DNA of 64,000 bases from Eledone cirrhosa (GCA_964016885.1 OZ024754.1:2294001-2358000); one strand, 5' to 3'. Shown: positions 1 to 14,350, counted from the first letter of the stretch. Notes: generated from the letters alone by a model not told the origin. Numbers and translations: made by a program.

Positions 1-280
1 GCCCCCCAAAAGTCAGCTCGAAAGTGACACAGAGGAGACTGAGGTTAGCTGGACATGCTCAACGACATCCAGAGTTGACACTGCACTCAGTGCTCCTGTG
101 GGAGACCTTGCATGGACACACTGGAAGAGGAAGACCGAGGTTAACATATGTTGATGCCCCAAGGACAGACACTGGTCTCTTAGAGACGCAGGACATGGCA
201 GCGATGATGAGGGACAGAGACCTCTGGAGAGAACTCGTCCATGGATCTCGGAAATGTTACTCGCCCTAGATAGATAGATA
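1..280 (+). mobile_element. RTE-clade LINE 3' end (ORF C-terminus plus (TAGA)n tail)
   Basis: Frame runs in from the window edge: PPKVSSKVTQRRLRLAGHAQRHPE..LLWE..HG..GRGRPRLTYVD..RTDTG..MMRDRDLWRELV, the RTE C-terminal pattern. Stop at 267-269 is followed by tagatagata. Confidence 0.9.
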
Positions 281-499
281 TCTTAGTATATTCTTTAACC
301 AAACGTTGAGTCTTTCGTTAGCTCTTATTGTTGCTGTATATTGTTGTTATTGTTATTGGTATGGCTGTCTTCGATATTACACATTGCTGTTCTTATTGTT
401 TTGCTTCTCTTTCACTAATGACTGATTCACCCGTGTTGTCTTGTAACAGAAACCGATAAAACAATTTAATGTGTTCGATGAAAATGACAACAATCATAA

Positions 500-1280
500 A
501 GCACACACAAACACAATACCACACTTAAACACACCAACACGACCACACATACATACACACACATACATACACACTCATACACAACACCAAACACTTAAAA
601 ACACCAATATGACCACAGACACACATACATACATACATACATACATACATACATACATACATACACAAACACAATACCACATTCTTAAACACACCAACAT
701 AACCACACATACATACACACACATACACAATACCACATTCTTAAACACACCAACATAACCACACATACATGCATACACATACACAATACCACATTCTTAA
801 ACACACCAACATAACCACACATACATGCACACACATACACAATACCACATACTTAAACACACAAACATAACCCGACATACATACACACACATACACAATA
901 CCACATACTTAAACACGCCAGCATAACACATACATACTCACACAAACACAATACCACACACTTAAACACACAAACATAACCACACACATACATACATACA
1001 AACATATACACAACACCACACACTTAAACACACACCAACATAACCACACATACATACACACACATACACAATACCACATACTTACACAAACCAACATAAC
1101 CACACATACATACACACACATACACAATACCACATACTTAAACACACCAACATAACCACACACATACATACAAACACAACACCACACACTTAAACACACA
1201 ACAACATAACCACACATACATACACACTCATACACAATACCACATTCTTAAACACACCAACATAACCACACACACACACG
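500..1280. repeat. CA-rich minisatellite, ~45-bp unit
   Basis: Repeated caataccacatacttaaacacaccaacataaccacacatacatacacacacata with variable (ACAT)n. Confidence 0.9.
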
Positions 1281-1747
1281 CACAAACACACCAACGGGAT
1301 CACATCACACCCACATCATACACCCTCCCCCCCACAGCACACACAAACAACACACACACACAAACACACCAACGGGATCACATCACACCCACATCATAAC
1401 CCCCCCCCCATACACATCATCACCCCCCCCCCCCCATCACCCCATCACCCACATCACACACACCCACCCACACAATTACACACAAGTACACACGACAAAC
1501 GGCAGGTATAGCTTGCATTATGTAAATGACACGCTTGTCATCAAATAGAGAAGACATTTGCTATGGTAGCTCTATGTAAAGACACGTTTGTCGACAAATA
1601 CGGGATGCATTTGTCAAAAAGCCATCCGTGACAAACCAGGCAAATTGTTCATTTAAAAAAGCATAATAAATGAAACACTCTTACCAAAATGTTAATGAGA
1701 AATTTTTGTTCATTATTTGATACTAGAAGTCATTCTCTTCGTCAGAT

Positions 1748-2378
1748 GTCGTTGTTGTTGGTGTTGATGTTGTTGTTGGTGGTAGTGTTGTTGGTGTTGA
1801 TGTTGTTGGTGGTGGTGATGTTGTTGTTATTGGTGGCGGTGGTAGTGTTGGTAGTGTTGGTGTTGGTGGTGTTGGTGGTGTTGGTGTTGTTGGTGTTGGT
1901 GGTGTTGGTGTTTGTGGTGTTGGTGTTGTTGGTGTTGGTGTTGTTGTTGGTGGTGGTGGTGGTGTTGGTGGTGTTGGTGGTGGTGGTGGTGTTGGTGGTG
2001 TTGGTGGTGGTGTTGTTGTTGGTGTTGTTGGTGTTGTTGGTGTTGGTGTTGTTGGTGATGGTGGTGTTGTTGATGTTGATGTTGTTGTTGGTGGTGGTGT
2101 TGTTGGTGGTAGTTGTGGTGGTGATGTTGGTGGTGGTGGTGGTGATGGTGGTGGTGATGATGGTAGTGGTAGTGGTGGTGGTGGTGGTAGTGGTGGTGAT
2201 GGCAGTGGTGGTGATGGTGGTGGTGGTGAGGATGGTGGTGGGTGGTGATGGCGGTGGTGGTGGTGGTGGTGGTGTTGCTGATGATGGCGGTGGTGGTGGT
2301 GATGATGGTGGTGGGTGGTGATGGTGGTGGTGGTGGTGATGGTGGTGATGGTGGGTGGTGGTGGTGGTGGGTGGTGAT
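1748..2378. repeat. (GGT/GTT/GAT)n trinucleotide array
   Basis: Direct inspection; explains the poly-V/L and poly-T/N ORFs. Confidence 0.95.
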
Positions 2379-3377
2379 ATAGTTTTAGTCATTGTCTCAG
2401 TTTTCAATTGCTGTTTTTATTCTAGAGTCTTTTTATAATATTTTCAGATTTTATTTGCATTTGCCTTTTATTTTTATCTTGTCCTTCCTTGTTTTTTTTA
2501 TTATATATTGCTGTCTTCTTTCTTTGTGACATTTACTGGTACTGATGGCGGTGAAGGTGGTGGCGTAATCGTGTGGGATGAAGTGGTCGAGGGTGGGGTG
2601 GAGTGTAGTGGTGTGGGGCGTGGTGGTGAGTAAACGATTGGTCTTAGTTAACACTTTAGCGTTCCACGTTTATTGTCAATTTTCCATTTGAGAACTGCAA
2701 TTGTTGTGGTTATCACACACATTGGTGTTGTCCGGTTGTTGATATTGTAGTTATTGTTGCTGTTACCTCTTATTATTGTAATTATCAGTAGTGGCTGTAG
2801 TGTTGGGTGGTAACAGTTTTATTATTGATATTTTTGTAGTCTATTTTAATTTCGTGATCTAATTCAATGCTCGCTTCAAATGTGAAGAGATAGAAATGCA
2901 AAGATTGACATGCAGATGTATAGATAACGAAGTGCATTCTACAAGAAACCATTTATTGCGTGAGCATCTCAAATGAAATATTCTGCTACACGATACCTGG
3001 ATCTGCTAGTGTTAAATGTGTTAGTTTCATAATAGTTAAAATCTACGGGGTGGGAAGAGAAATGAAAGAAATGTGTGGGGATAAAAATGCAAACTATAAA
3101 TTCTAAAATCTAACAATATCTATCATTTAACAGAAACAAAAACTAGCTAATTAAATGAAATATGTGGTGACATTGAAAATAAATCAGGCACTCAGATTTG
3201 TTTTCCTTCAAAAACTTCATACTTTTACAACAAAGTGTCATTAAGTGTGAAACATGGTTCAGTCTGTGAAAATGATCGACTGATATAAAGTATTTATTTA
3301 AGAAATCCTCATACACCCAGTAAAATAAATTGTACAAAGTGTCGTAGACAACAGAATATTTGCTGGTGTATATGTTA

Positions 3378-3475
3378 TTAACTTTGCCTTTCATCCTTAC
3401 GGGGTCGATAAAATAAAGAACCAGTAATGTACTGGGATAATTGCTGGCCTTGTGCCAAAAGTAGAAACAATTATT
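3378..3475 (+). mobile_element. Nin-domain SINE, 5'-truncated
   Basis: gcctttcatccttacggggtcgataaaataaag-accag core plus family 3' end gctggccttgtgccaaaagtagaaacaattatt. Confidence 0.9.
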
Positions 3476-4407
3476 TAACCACTATGTCATACCTATCAGA
3501 ACACACCTATATATATAAAAACATATTCCAATTTTGTGTCCTCTCCTTTTCAGGGGAGCAAGTTCGATATACTATAAGGTGTTCTTTAATATTAGTTGAG
3601 CAGTTGAGAGAATAAGGTGGAAACTTAATAGAGATTCCTACGATTAGATATGTTATATCCCAATAGTAAACTATGTTTTTGTTTTTCTTGTAGGGGTTGA
3701 GCTACGTTAGAAACCCTAACACTGATGGTTGACACAAATACTAATCCAAATGTTATTCTGGTAACACCAATACCCGAAGAGAAAACCAAACTTATTATAA
3801 GAAAAAGGTGATCCTTTAAGGTAATTCTATGGAAAAATCACGGAATACCCTGTTTCCCGTTATAGAAAGGGATAACGACAGTAAGGTAATTCAGCTTCAT
3901 CAGTATATCTCGTTTCTTACATCTTTTACAAAATACACTAGAAATGACAAACCATCGCTCTCTCTTTCTCTCTAAACAACGATAACAATAATGATGATGA
4001 TGATGGCGATGACGATGACGATGATGACAATGATGACGATGACGATGATGATGATTATGATGATGTAGACAAAGAAGAAGAGGAAGAATACGAAGAAGAA
4101 TAATAACCTTTTCACCTATAATACCATCGTTTATCATTATAGGTTGTTGCTAAAGTTTCTCCAGTGTAAATAATACATACAATATTTATTTAAAATCTCT
4201 CAAAATCCCTCTCTCTCTCTTATAATATGCATCTGCTGCCTCTTCCCTCTCTCTCTCTCTCTTTCTATCCCTTTCTCTTTCTTTCTCTCTCGCTCTTTTT
4301 CGCTCTCTAGATATAGATATATGTGTAGAAAGGGAGAGAAGATGCCATATATTGTTTGAGAAACCTAGGCATCATACATATTATATATGTTGTGATACCT
4401 TAAATTA

Positions 4408-4562
<155 letters not shown>

Positions 4563-4600
4563 TATACATATATATATACACACATACTCATATATATATA

Positions 4601-4707
4601 ACGAAGGAAATCTGGTAAGGAACCAGATGGACCATAACGCACCAAAGTACTCAATACTTAGCCGTCGAAACGGCTTGAGCTCAGCCGTCGGGGTCCTACT
4701 CGTTCTT
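4601..4707. mobile_element. (TA)n-embedded inverted insert, HHR-half family copy A
   Basis: Antisense tail segment joined at ttag (4658-4661) to sense tagccgtc-GAAA-cggc-ttgagctca-gccg-TC-ggggtcc; (TA)n on both sides. Confidence 0.8.
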
Positions 4708-5109
4708 ATATATATATATATATATATATACATATACCGTTCTCTCTCTATCTCTCTCTCTGTCGCTCTCTCTCCAGCTCTATGTCTGACTGCATTAGTG
4801 TCTTAATTATACAGTCATCACTTATTGTCGTAGACATAGCTTTCCTAGACTTTACTTTTATACATATAGTTGTTAGCTTCTCATCTTCTGGCATCTGTTT
4901 CGTTTGCCATTTCAATTTCCTTTTATCAATAAATCTACATTGTTTCATTTTAAAGCTAATAACACATAGCGCTATTATTTCTCAGTCAACTTCATCCGTG
5001 TTATATATTATTAGATGCTTTATTTATTGCTGTTACGAAACCATGCAATAAACCAACGAGACTCAGCAATCGAATAAAAATGGACGCTTATATATATATT
5101 ATATATATA

Positions 5110-5191
<82 letters not shown>

Positions 5192-5207
5192 AATATGTAA
5201 ATGCATA

Positions 5208-5241
<34 letters not shown>

Positions 5242-5242
<1 letters not shown>

Positions 5243-5362
5243 GGAGATGACGAAGGACCGTGACAAGTGGAGAGATGCTGTGCTGAATAAGACCCGTCCC
5301 ACCCTTGCAAGCAGGGAAGAGCGGACGTAAAATGATGATGATGATGATGATGATAGTGATGA
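5242..5362 (+). mobile_element. RTE-like LINE extreme 3' fragment with (ATG)n tail
   Basis: EMTKDRDKWRDAVLNKTRPTLASREERT* (DR..WR motif) followed by (atg)n; sits in (TA)n. Confidence 0.75.
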
Positions 5363-5386
5363 TATATATATACAGCTCTATCTCTA

Positions 5387-5455
<69 letters not shown>

Positions 5456-5673
5456 GCATGGCTAAGACAGTGTGTGCTGAAATCGTTGTAGTTATTTAGT
5501 TTATAGAATCGTGAGAACATAATATAACAGAATGGCGAGTTATCTAAATAAGGTTAAAATATTATAATGTGATAGACATAGTGTAAGTTGTATATTATAA
5601 TGTTTAACCATATACAACTATAAACGTTTTGATAACTTTATACATCTATACATACAAACATGAATACATACAT

Positions 5674-5998
5674 GGTGGCTACCAACTCGTTTTCGAGTAC
5701 GGCCACTACTTTATATCCATGTAGGAGAACCCCTACCGAAGCGCTGAACGAGTGTGACTTTTTAGTTCAGCCAACGACTTGAAAACTCTGGTACAAACAC
5801 TACACTTGTGACAATTATTGACACATAGTGCTGGGCCCATGGTACCATGTGACGACAAGTGCAGAGAGATCTCCAGATATAAAGCAATGCCTGTGCCGTG
5901 AAGCTTTTATAGTGAGCAAAGGCACTGCACAAAGTCAGTCCCACTCTCTTAACCAAGATGATATTTACCAAAAAGAAGAATAAGTCAACATCATTGGA
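5674..5998 (-). mobile_element. Non-autonomous retroposon family R, truncated copy
   Basis: Highly similar to 29918-30245 and 38788-38977; shared left terminus ggtggct(a/g)ccaactcgttttcgagtacggcc. Confidence 0.8.
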
Positions 5999-6938
5999 AT
6001 ACATACATACATACATGAACACCTACATACATACATACATACATACATACATACATACATACATACATACATACATACATACATACATACATACATACAT
6101 ACATACATACAAAAAAATATACTCGAAATTAAGAGAAAGAGATAACATACATACATACATACATACATACATACATACATACATACATACATACATACAT
6201 ACATACATACATACATACATACATACATACATACACGAAACTTTCTTAGGATTGAAAAGATGAACGTTTCCCCAAGAGGCTTTCTCTTTTCTTTACAACC
6301 ATGCCCTCTGCAAGGAGACTAGTCAAAATAACCATTCAAAGGTACATAGACATACACAATTCGCATACGTATACAGAGTGAACACTCTAATATTGTGTGT
6401 GTGTACTTGCGTAATTATGTGTGCTAGCAAGCAACTAAATGATGGTATACGGGGGTATTCGTAGGAAGATTCTTACAGCGGTATATTATCATATGTGTGT
6501 GTATATATATATATATGAGTATGTATATATATATATGTACATGTGTGTGTGTGCGTGTATATCTATATATATATAATATATATATATGAGTGTGTGTGTA
6601 TATATATATATATATTTATGTGTGTTTCATGTTCCCGTGATTGGCACTGTAAACTGTCTTTTAACCGGTTACTAAAATGGTATCAAGATTTTAAAAGTAA
6701 TTTAATATAAAAGAAAACACAAGACACGTTTTGTTATTTTCGTCATCATAAGACAACCTTTCTCGCTCTCAATTTTAAGAATCTCTTTAGTGTTCCTGCT
6801 ATAAATTTAAAGTTTCTCACCAATAGAAACAAAGGTCTTTCTTTGGACTTTAGACACAAATTAGCTAGGGGCGTATGTATGATGCATGTATGTATTATAT
6901 ATGCATAGAGTATATATGTATGTTTGTATATATATATA

Positions 6939-6988
<50 letters not shown>

Positions 6989-7175
6989 CGTGCGTGCGTG
7001 TGTGTGAGTATGTGTATATATTTATATATGTGTGTATATATTTATGTGTTGAGGATCGGGCTTTATATAAAAAAAATTCTCACCAATAGATAAAGAACCA
7101 GCTTTTAACCCAGAAACAAATCCCTTTCATCAGCTGGGTTGTCATGAATGTATGCATATATGTATGCATACACGC

Positions 7176-7218
<43 letters not shown>

Positions 7219-7926
7219 AACAAGTCAGCAGATGAGTAGATTGGTGTTTTGACATGTACATATGACACATACGCATCTTAGTAATTCTACATATATTTGT
7301 CTTATATATATATTTATATATATATTTATATATTTATATTTTATTACACGTTAAACACCTGGAAAGCATTACAAATTCTCACGATTCAATTAATTGTGTA
7401 CGTTGTACTTTCCTAACTAGCCGTATGTTGTCAGATTTTGTCGAGCAGAGCTTTTCAAGATATGTACTGGGGCAACTAGTTATATATCCAAATGCTGCAA
7501 TAATTATAATTATATATTGAATCTATATTACAGCTTGAATGAGCTAAGATTTCTCATTAGATCACGATAAATGTTTTCTTTTCCAGTAATCCTTAACATC
7601 AATTTAAAATATGCTGCGGATTTTATTTCTCTCCAATTAGGAATAATTATGCATTGAAATTCTTCTGATTTTAACAGCCCCACTACTATTCAAGATCCTG
7701 AATGAATTCTATAATGTTATGACAAAAGCATCATACAACATAGTTTGGTGATATCTTGGTGTTCTTCGTGTCATTTTTACAAAATTCTGCTAACCTCTAC
7801 AATCTGGTGTTCGGTTAACACACGTCATTTGCCATCGTTTTACTTTCCTTTAAGAGTAATTTTGTCGATTTCATAGCTTCACCTTGCATGATATCTTCGT
7901 AAACTTCTTGCTCCGTATGTATATAC

Positions 7927-8002
<76 letters not shown>

Positions 8003-8033
8003 TGTAGTATAAATTTGTTATAAATATCCTATA

Positions 8034-8068
<35 letters not shown>

Positions 8069-8074
<6 letters not shown>

Positions 8075-8318
8075 TTCAAAATATTAACAAAAATAGACAT
8101 TCGTGTGATCAAGTATATTTTATTATACATATTTCAGAGGTACTGAGCTAACGTCAACAGTACGTCCTCATCAGATAAAATAAGATGATGCACGACATAC
8201 CCTGACATAGTAGATGGTTAAGATTCAGTCATGGTAGAACTCCGGAAAACCAAATCCAGTTGAGTGCTTCCAATCTATTGTAAAACTCATTCTTTGATTT
8301 ATTCATTGAACCTTGTTT

Positions 8319-8329
<11 letters not shown>
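8069..8329 (-). mobile_element. HHR-bearing non-coding element (PLE pLTR/retrozyme-like) in (TA)n
   Basis: Bounded by (TA)n and contains HHR 8116-8182. Shares blocks (atattaacaaa, gacataccct, gttgagtgctt) with 56643-56890; its 5' end matches 63944-64000. Confidence 0.8.
8116..8182 (-). ncRNA. Minimal type I hammerhead ribozyme
   Basis: Minus strand: TATTTTAT CTGATGA GGAC GTACTG ttgacgttagct CAGTAC CTCT GAAA TATGTA TA^ ATAAAATA. 8-bp helix I, intact core, near-palindromic helix III, AUA site. Confidence 0.85.
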
Positions 8330-8358
<29 letters not shown>

Positions 8359-8561
8359 AGAGATGTTATTTTTATCTAGAGATATTTTTTTCAAAATTCA
8401 ACCCCGCCCGTCCCTTCAATCTATCTTATTTCTCATTCTTTCTTCTAATGAAGGACTAGCGCTTGAAACGTTAAGACCCTCTTCCTGCTAGTTCAAGCGT
8501 TAACCTAATATATTTCTTTCATATACTGTACCGATTGTGTTGTTATTTCTGTTTAGCTTTT

Positions 8562-8606
<45 letters not shown>

Positions 8607-9043
8607 ATATGTTGAAAAGGTAACTCACCAGAGAGAAGATACAGTGCGCTATCAATAAAACAGGGAAAAACCACCAGTGTATGGAATCTATAACCTATGA
8701 AAGGCAGACTATAGACACGATAATTAAAAATATAAATAAATACCTCTATAACTATATAACACACGTACAAATCCGAAGAGATCTGTTTCGCCAGAAAGTT
8801 GTTGACAGAACTGGAATAACCCCGCTTCCTCAGCGTGTGTAAGGCTGTACATTTCAGACAACACTAAGAGAATTTTAAAAGTTACTGTCCAGCTACACGT
8901 GGGAGAGAGAAGTCACAGCGTGTTTAATGGCAGTGAACCAGTGGCCTCTGAGGGACGAGCTGCTAGAAAGGGCAGCCCAAAACCACTCAGAGAGGTGTAC
9001 TCAACCAAACAGAGAGAGAGGAAAGACTGTTATAACGAGCGAA

Positions 9044-9238
9044 ATATCACGATACATTAACGGAGCCATAGACTCTCGCCATTCCCTGTAAATAATGTGC
9101 TCAAAGGAGAAGTAATCCTGAGGTCTTTAAAATACAATATGTTGTTGTATTTTAAAGAGCTCAGGATTTCTTCTCCTTTGAGCACATTATTTACAGGGAA
9201 TGGCGAGAGTCTATGGCTCCGTTAGTTTATCGTGATAT
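9044..9238. repeat. Fold-back inverted repeat, 94-bp arms, 7-nt loop
   Basis: 9044-9137 vs 9145-9238 reverse complement, 4 mismatches by eye; ends in (TA)n. Confidence 0.95.
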
Positions 9239-9290
9239 ATATATATCCACTCCCCTACACACCATTTGAACTCTGTTCCCACACACTTCT

Positions 9291-9324
9291 CACCTGAAGA
9301 AGGGCTTATGCCCGAAACGTCGTC
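9291..9324 (+). ncRNA. Minimal HHR motif, helix I poorly paired
   Basis: Core, 4-bp helix II and ACGT palindromic helix III present; only 2 bp of helix I. Confidence 0.55.
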
Positions 9325-9760
9325 CCCCACCTACCCCCCACTCTCCTGAGCGTGAATTTAATAAACATTTATTATATTGCCTCTCTGTTCTGTCCCTGTT
9401 CAATTTTTCATTATATATAACACACGCTCACACGGCTTCCATCCTTGGAACTTAACTTAACAACCGGCTCAACCCCGATCTAATCCGCCGTGACCTTTCT
9501 CCGAACTTTACACACCTTCCCACACTTTGTCTTTCCTTCCACGCATTACCTCTGTTTGATTTTGTTACCGTACCTTTTTTCCGTATAAGATTCTTTGCCT
9601 GTGTTCTTACAATTGTATTTCTATGATTTTTTGTTCACGATCGCCTGTGTTATATTTTTTGTCTTTATTTGTTAATTTTTCATTCGCACCGTTTCCTTTC
9701 GCTATATGTCTCTCCACCACTCCCCTACACACCTTTTGAACTCTGTTCCCACACACTTCT

Positions 9761-9794
9761 CACCTGAAGAAGGGCTTATGCCCGAAACGTCGTC
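9761..9794 (+). ncRNA. Minimal HHR motif, helix I poorly paired (second pLTR)
   Basis: Identical to 9291-9324. Confidence 0.55.
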
Positions 9795-9879
9795 CCCCAC
9801 CTACTCCCCACTCTCCTGAGCGTGAATTTAATAAACATTTATTGTACTGCCTCTCTGTTCTGTCCTTGTTCAATTTTTC

Positions 9880-9982
<103 letters not shown>

Positions 9983-10134
9983 TGAGCGGGCTGTGCCATT
10001 GAATAGGCTGAGTTAAGCATCGGCAAAATGGCAGAGTTTCCGTTGAGAGAGGCGGGGATGCAACTCCTACTATTATGTCATCAGTGAGACAACTAAGCGA
10101 ACACGATGTATCCGCCCTAAAAATATATATATTT

Positions 10135-10255
<121 letters not shown>

Positions 10256-10260
10256 GGGTT

Positions 10261-10340
<80 letters not shown>

Positions 10341-10759
10341 ACACACATATAAATAGATGAAATACGAAACAAACCAAATTTCATTAGAGTGAAAGGTGGA
10401 TTATTGAATGAATATATAACGATGTTATGCAGTTCTCGCTATTTTATTTCCCATATAGCGAAAAATTGAGATTAAGCAAGTCTATTAAAGCGAGGTGTAA
10501 TATAACATTTATCGTTGTTTGAAAGTTTCACTTTGAAGGTGGCGCTTGGAGATTCTGAAAAAGTTATTAATATATTGATATCAATATAATAAGCTGTTTA
10601 TCTGGCACATTCCTGATTTGACATCGACTATAAAGCGTAATAGTTCAGATAGAGTAATATATCTTACAGCAATATGGGTGGGGACTTTTTTCAGTTTTAG
10701 ATCGTATATTATATTATTATATATGTATATTAAATTTCTATAATATATATACATATATA

Positions 10760-10843
<84 letters not shown>

Positions 10844-10931
10844 TATATGCATATATATATTGTGTATGTTCCTACACAAATATATTTGTAACATATATAT
10901 TTATGTATCAATATATATATATATGTATATG

Positions 10932-11002
<71 letters not shown>

Positions 11003-11061
11003 GCATATATATATATTGTGTATGTTCCTACACAAATATATTTGTAACATATATTTATGTA

Positions 11062-11149
<88 letters not shown>

Positions 11150-11390
11150 CATATATACATGGGCGGGGTGAGGACATCTTTAAGGTGCGGTGGTGTGTTT
11201 GTAAGTATCTGGGTATGTTTAATTATAGATATTATTTTGGTTATATATTTTGTGAGGATGTTGTATGTGTTTATATTTTCTTTAAGTATAGGCGTATTGA
11301 TAAGAAATGGTTCATAAAAGTAACACAATATATATCAAGAGATAAGAATGAAATTCCTCTACATAGGCGGGAGAGAGATTAAGAGGCCCA

Positions 11391-11472
<82 letters not shown>

Positions 11473-12231
11473 TATCACACACTGTCCCTCGCATATATAC
11501 ACACACGCATAGCAACATAACTATGAGTATGTATATATGTATATATATACATCTATATATATATGTATATATACACACACATACATATATATACATACAT
11601 ATATAGATACCTATATATACATACATATATACATACATATAGACATACATACATATATACATACATATATATACATACATACATATATATACATATATAC
11701 ATATACATACATATATACATAGATATATATATATACATACATAGATATATATATATACATACATATATACATATATACATACGCAATATCTGTTAAAATA
11801 TTTAGCGATATTATCGAGCGAGATAGTGTTATAACCATCAACCTCTTCATTCTCTGAGAGATATCAACTGTACACACGATAGCAATATCATATTTTATTA
11901 CCTCCAGATCGGAAAATCGACTGCTTTGTTGTATTTCGCCATTTTAATCCGTATCAAATATAATCATAGAAGCCTTTAAGTAATTGAATTAATTGGCTAA
12001 TCTAATCTTATGGAGACTATAATAGGCTTTTGCTATCTTTGTTCAGCCTCTGCTCGCAACTAAATTAGAAAAATATTCGATAGTGTTTCTACCATACTTG
12101 GCTGCAAGTTCAATTTTCTTCTATTCCTTTCATGTTTGTTTGGCTACTGTTGATAAAGTTGAATACTCTGATAGAAAACCTATCGGATTGTTTTAAGCTA
12201 TTGAGTCATATATATATATATATATATATAT

Positions 12232-12447
12232 ATAGGAACGAGTAGGACCCCGACGGCTGAGCTCAAGCCGTTTCGACGGCTAATTCTGGACTAAATGAAA
12301 ATGTTAATTTAGTCCAGAATTAGCCGTCAAAACGGCTTGAGCTCAGCCGTCGGGGACTTACTCGTTCCTATTACCCACTCTACTATCCTAAGTATTGAGT
12401 ACTTTGGTGCGTTATGGTCCACCTGGTTCCTTATCACATTTCCTTCG

Positions 12448-12449
<2 letters not shown>
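12232..12449. mobile_element. (TA)n-embedded fold-back insert, HHR-half family copy B
   Basis: 65-bp arms 12232-12296 and 12307-12371, 10-nt loop, then ~78-bp unpaired tail. Confidence 0.9.
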
Positions 12450-12520
<71 letters not shown>

Positions 12521-12523
<3 letters not shown>

Positions 12524-12680
12524 ATAATAATAAATGTGAAGACTAAAATCCAAAGAGGGCTCGATAAGGATAAATATATATCAAATATATAAGAACCGTA
12601 GAGCAAATATTTATTAAAATAACAGATTAAAGTTTAAGCAAAGAATCGCTGCTTTCACCCTTAACGTGATCTTCTGAATA
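12521..12680 (+). repeat. Dispersed microsatellite-associated repeat
   Basis: Reverse-complement copy at 14227-14350 and fragment at 29117-29156 (tatttatccttatcgag). Confidence 0.8.
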
Positions 12681-12788
12681 TATATGTATGTATGTATGTA
12701 TGTACACACATATATATGTGTGTGTGCGTGTATAAATATAACTATATATATTCTAAGGAAAATGGGAAAACTCACTGTATGGGGTTAA

Positions 12789-12895
<107 letters not shown>

Positions 12896-13225
12896 ATATA
12901 TATATATATATTAGGGTGTTTACTGCTGGTTAGTAGACTGACTGGAGCAATATGGCTCCTCAAAAAGGATAAATTATTCTCTTGGCAACAATTCTTGGGT
13001 CTTTTCTTATATAACTAATTATTACTGTTTCTGTTCATTAACATTTCATTTGGGGAAATTAAAAAATGTTTTTAACTCATTGACCTAAGCAAAACATCTT
13101 TTCCATGAGATGTTTTTTAAGTTTATATACGAGTATATATGTATATTTATATTATATATATATATGTATATATATGTATATTTATATATATATATATATA
13201 TATATTTCGTTCCCAAAGCATAACA

Positions 13226-13272
<47 letters not shown>

Positions 13273-13533
13273 TAAATACATCTATACATTTATATACATA
13301 CATATATATATATATATACTAATATACATATTCACATATACAAATATATATATACATGCATATACATATATATATATATATTATTTACATACACGTATAT
13401 ATAGACACATATATATATATATACTTACATACATACTTATATACATATATATATACATACATGTATATACTTATATATATATATTCACATATATATATAT
13501 ATATATATTTCGTTTCTGAAAGTATAACAATAA

Positions 13534-13669
<136 letters not shown>

Positions 13670-14135
13670 CGTTTCTGAAAGTATAACAATATATATATAT
13701 ATCGATATTGCCATTCTTTCGGGGTTTCGGACTGTCATGTTTTCTAAGAACATCAAAAGGTTAACAGAAAAAGGTACCAGCAGGCGAGAAACATTCTAGA
13801 TAAGAGTAGATCGAACACGCACAAACAAAAACATTCTTTTGAAATAAATCATCTTTCATCGCCCTTTGAAATAATTGTAGTTTTATCACGCTGGAAATTT
13901 TCTAAGATGAAAAGACTTTGAAATCACTGTTATATGTTGAGGAACAACTTAAAGAATTGCAAGTAGCAATATTGGTATTTAGTTGTAGGCGGGCAATTTT
14001 TCCAAGATTCTATTAGAATTCACATCCAACAGAGGTTAAAAAATACGTGTTACTCGTCATTCTTACTGGTTAATTATAAGCACTATATAAATGTGTGTGT
14101 GTATGCACTCACCATATGCATATGCACACACATAT

Positions 14136-14185
<50 letters not shown>

Positions 14186-14226
14186 TAAATATATAATTTA
14201 AAAAAATATAAATATATATATATAAG

Positions 14227-14350
14227 GCGATTCTTTGCTTAATCTATTATTTTAATAAATATTTGCTCTAGGGTTCTCATATATTTTATATATATTTATC
14301 CTTATCGAGCTCTCTTTAGATTTTAGTCTTCAAATGTATTATTATTACTA
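14227..14350 (-). repeat. Inverted copy of the 12521-12650 repeat
   Basis: gcgattctttgctta..ttttaataaatatttgctcta..tatttatccttatcgag..ttttagtcttca. Confidence 0.8.

Noticed and set aside
11161-11390. PLE linker-like peptide ([16 protein letters not shown]) on minus strand
   Set aside because: Similarity too weak to call without a database search.
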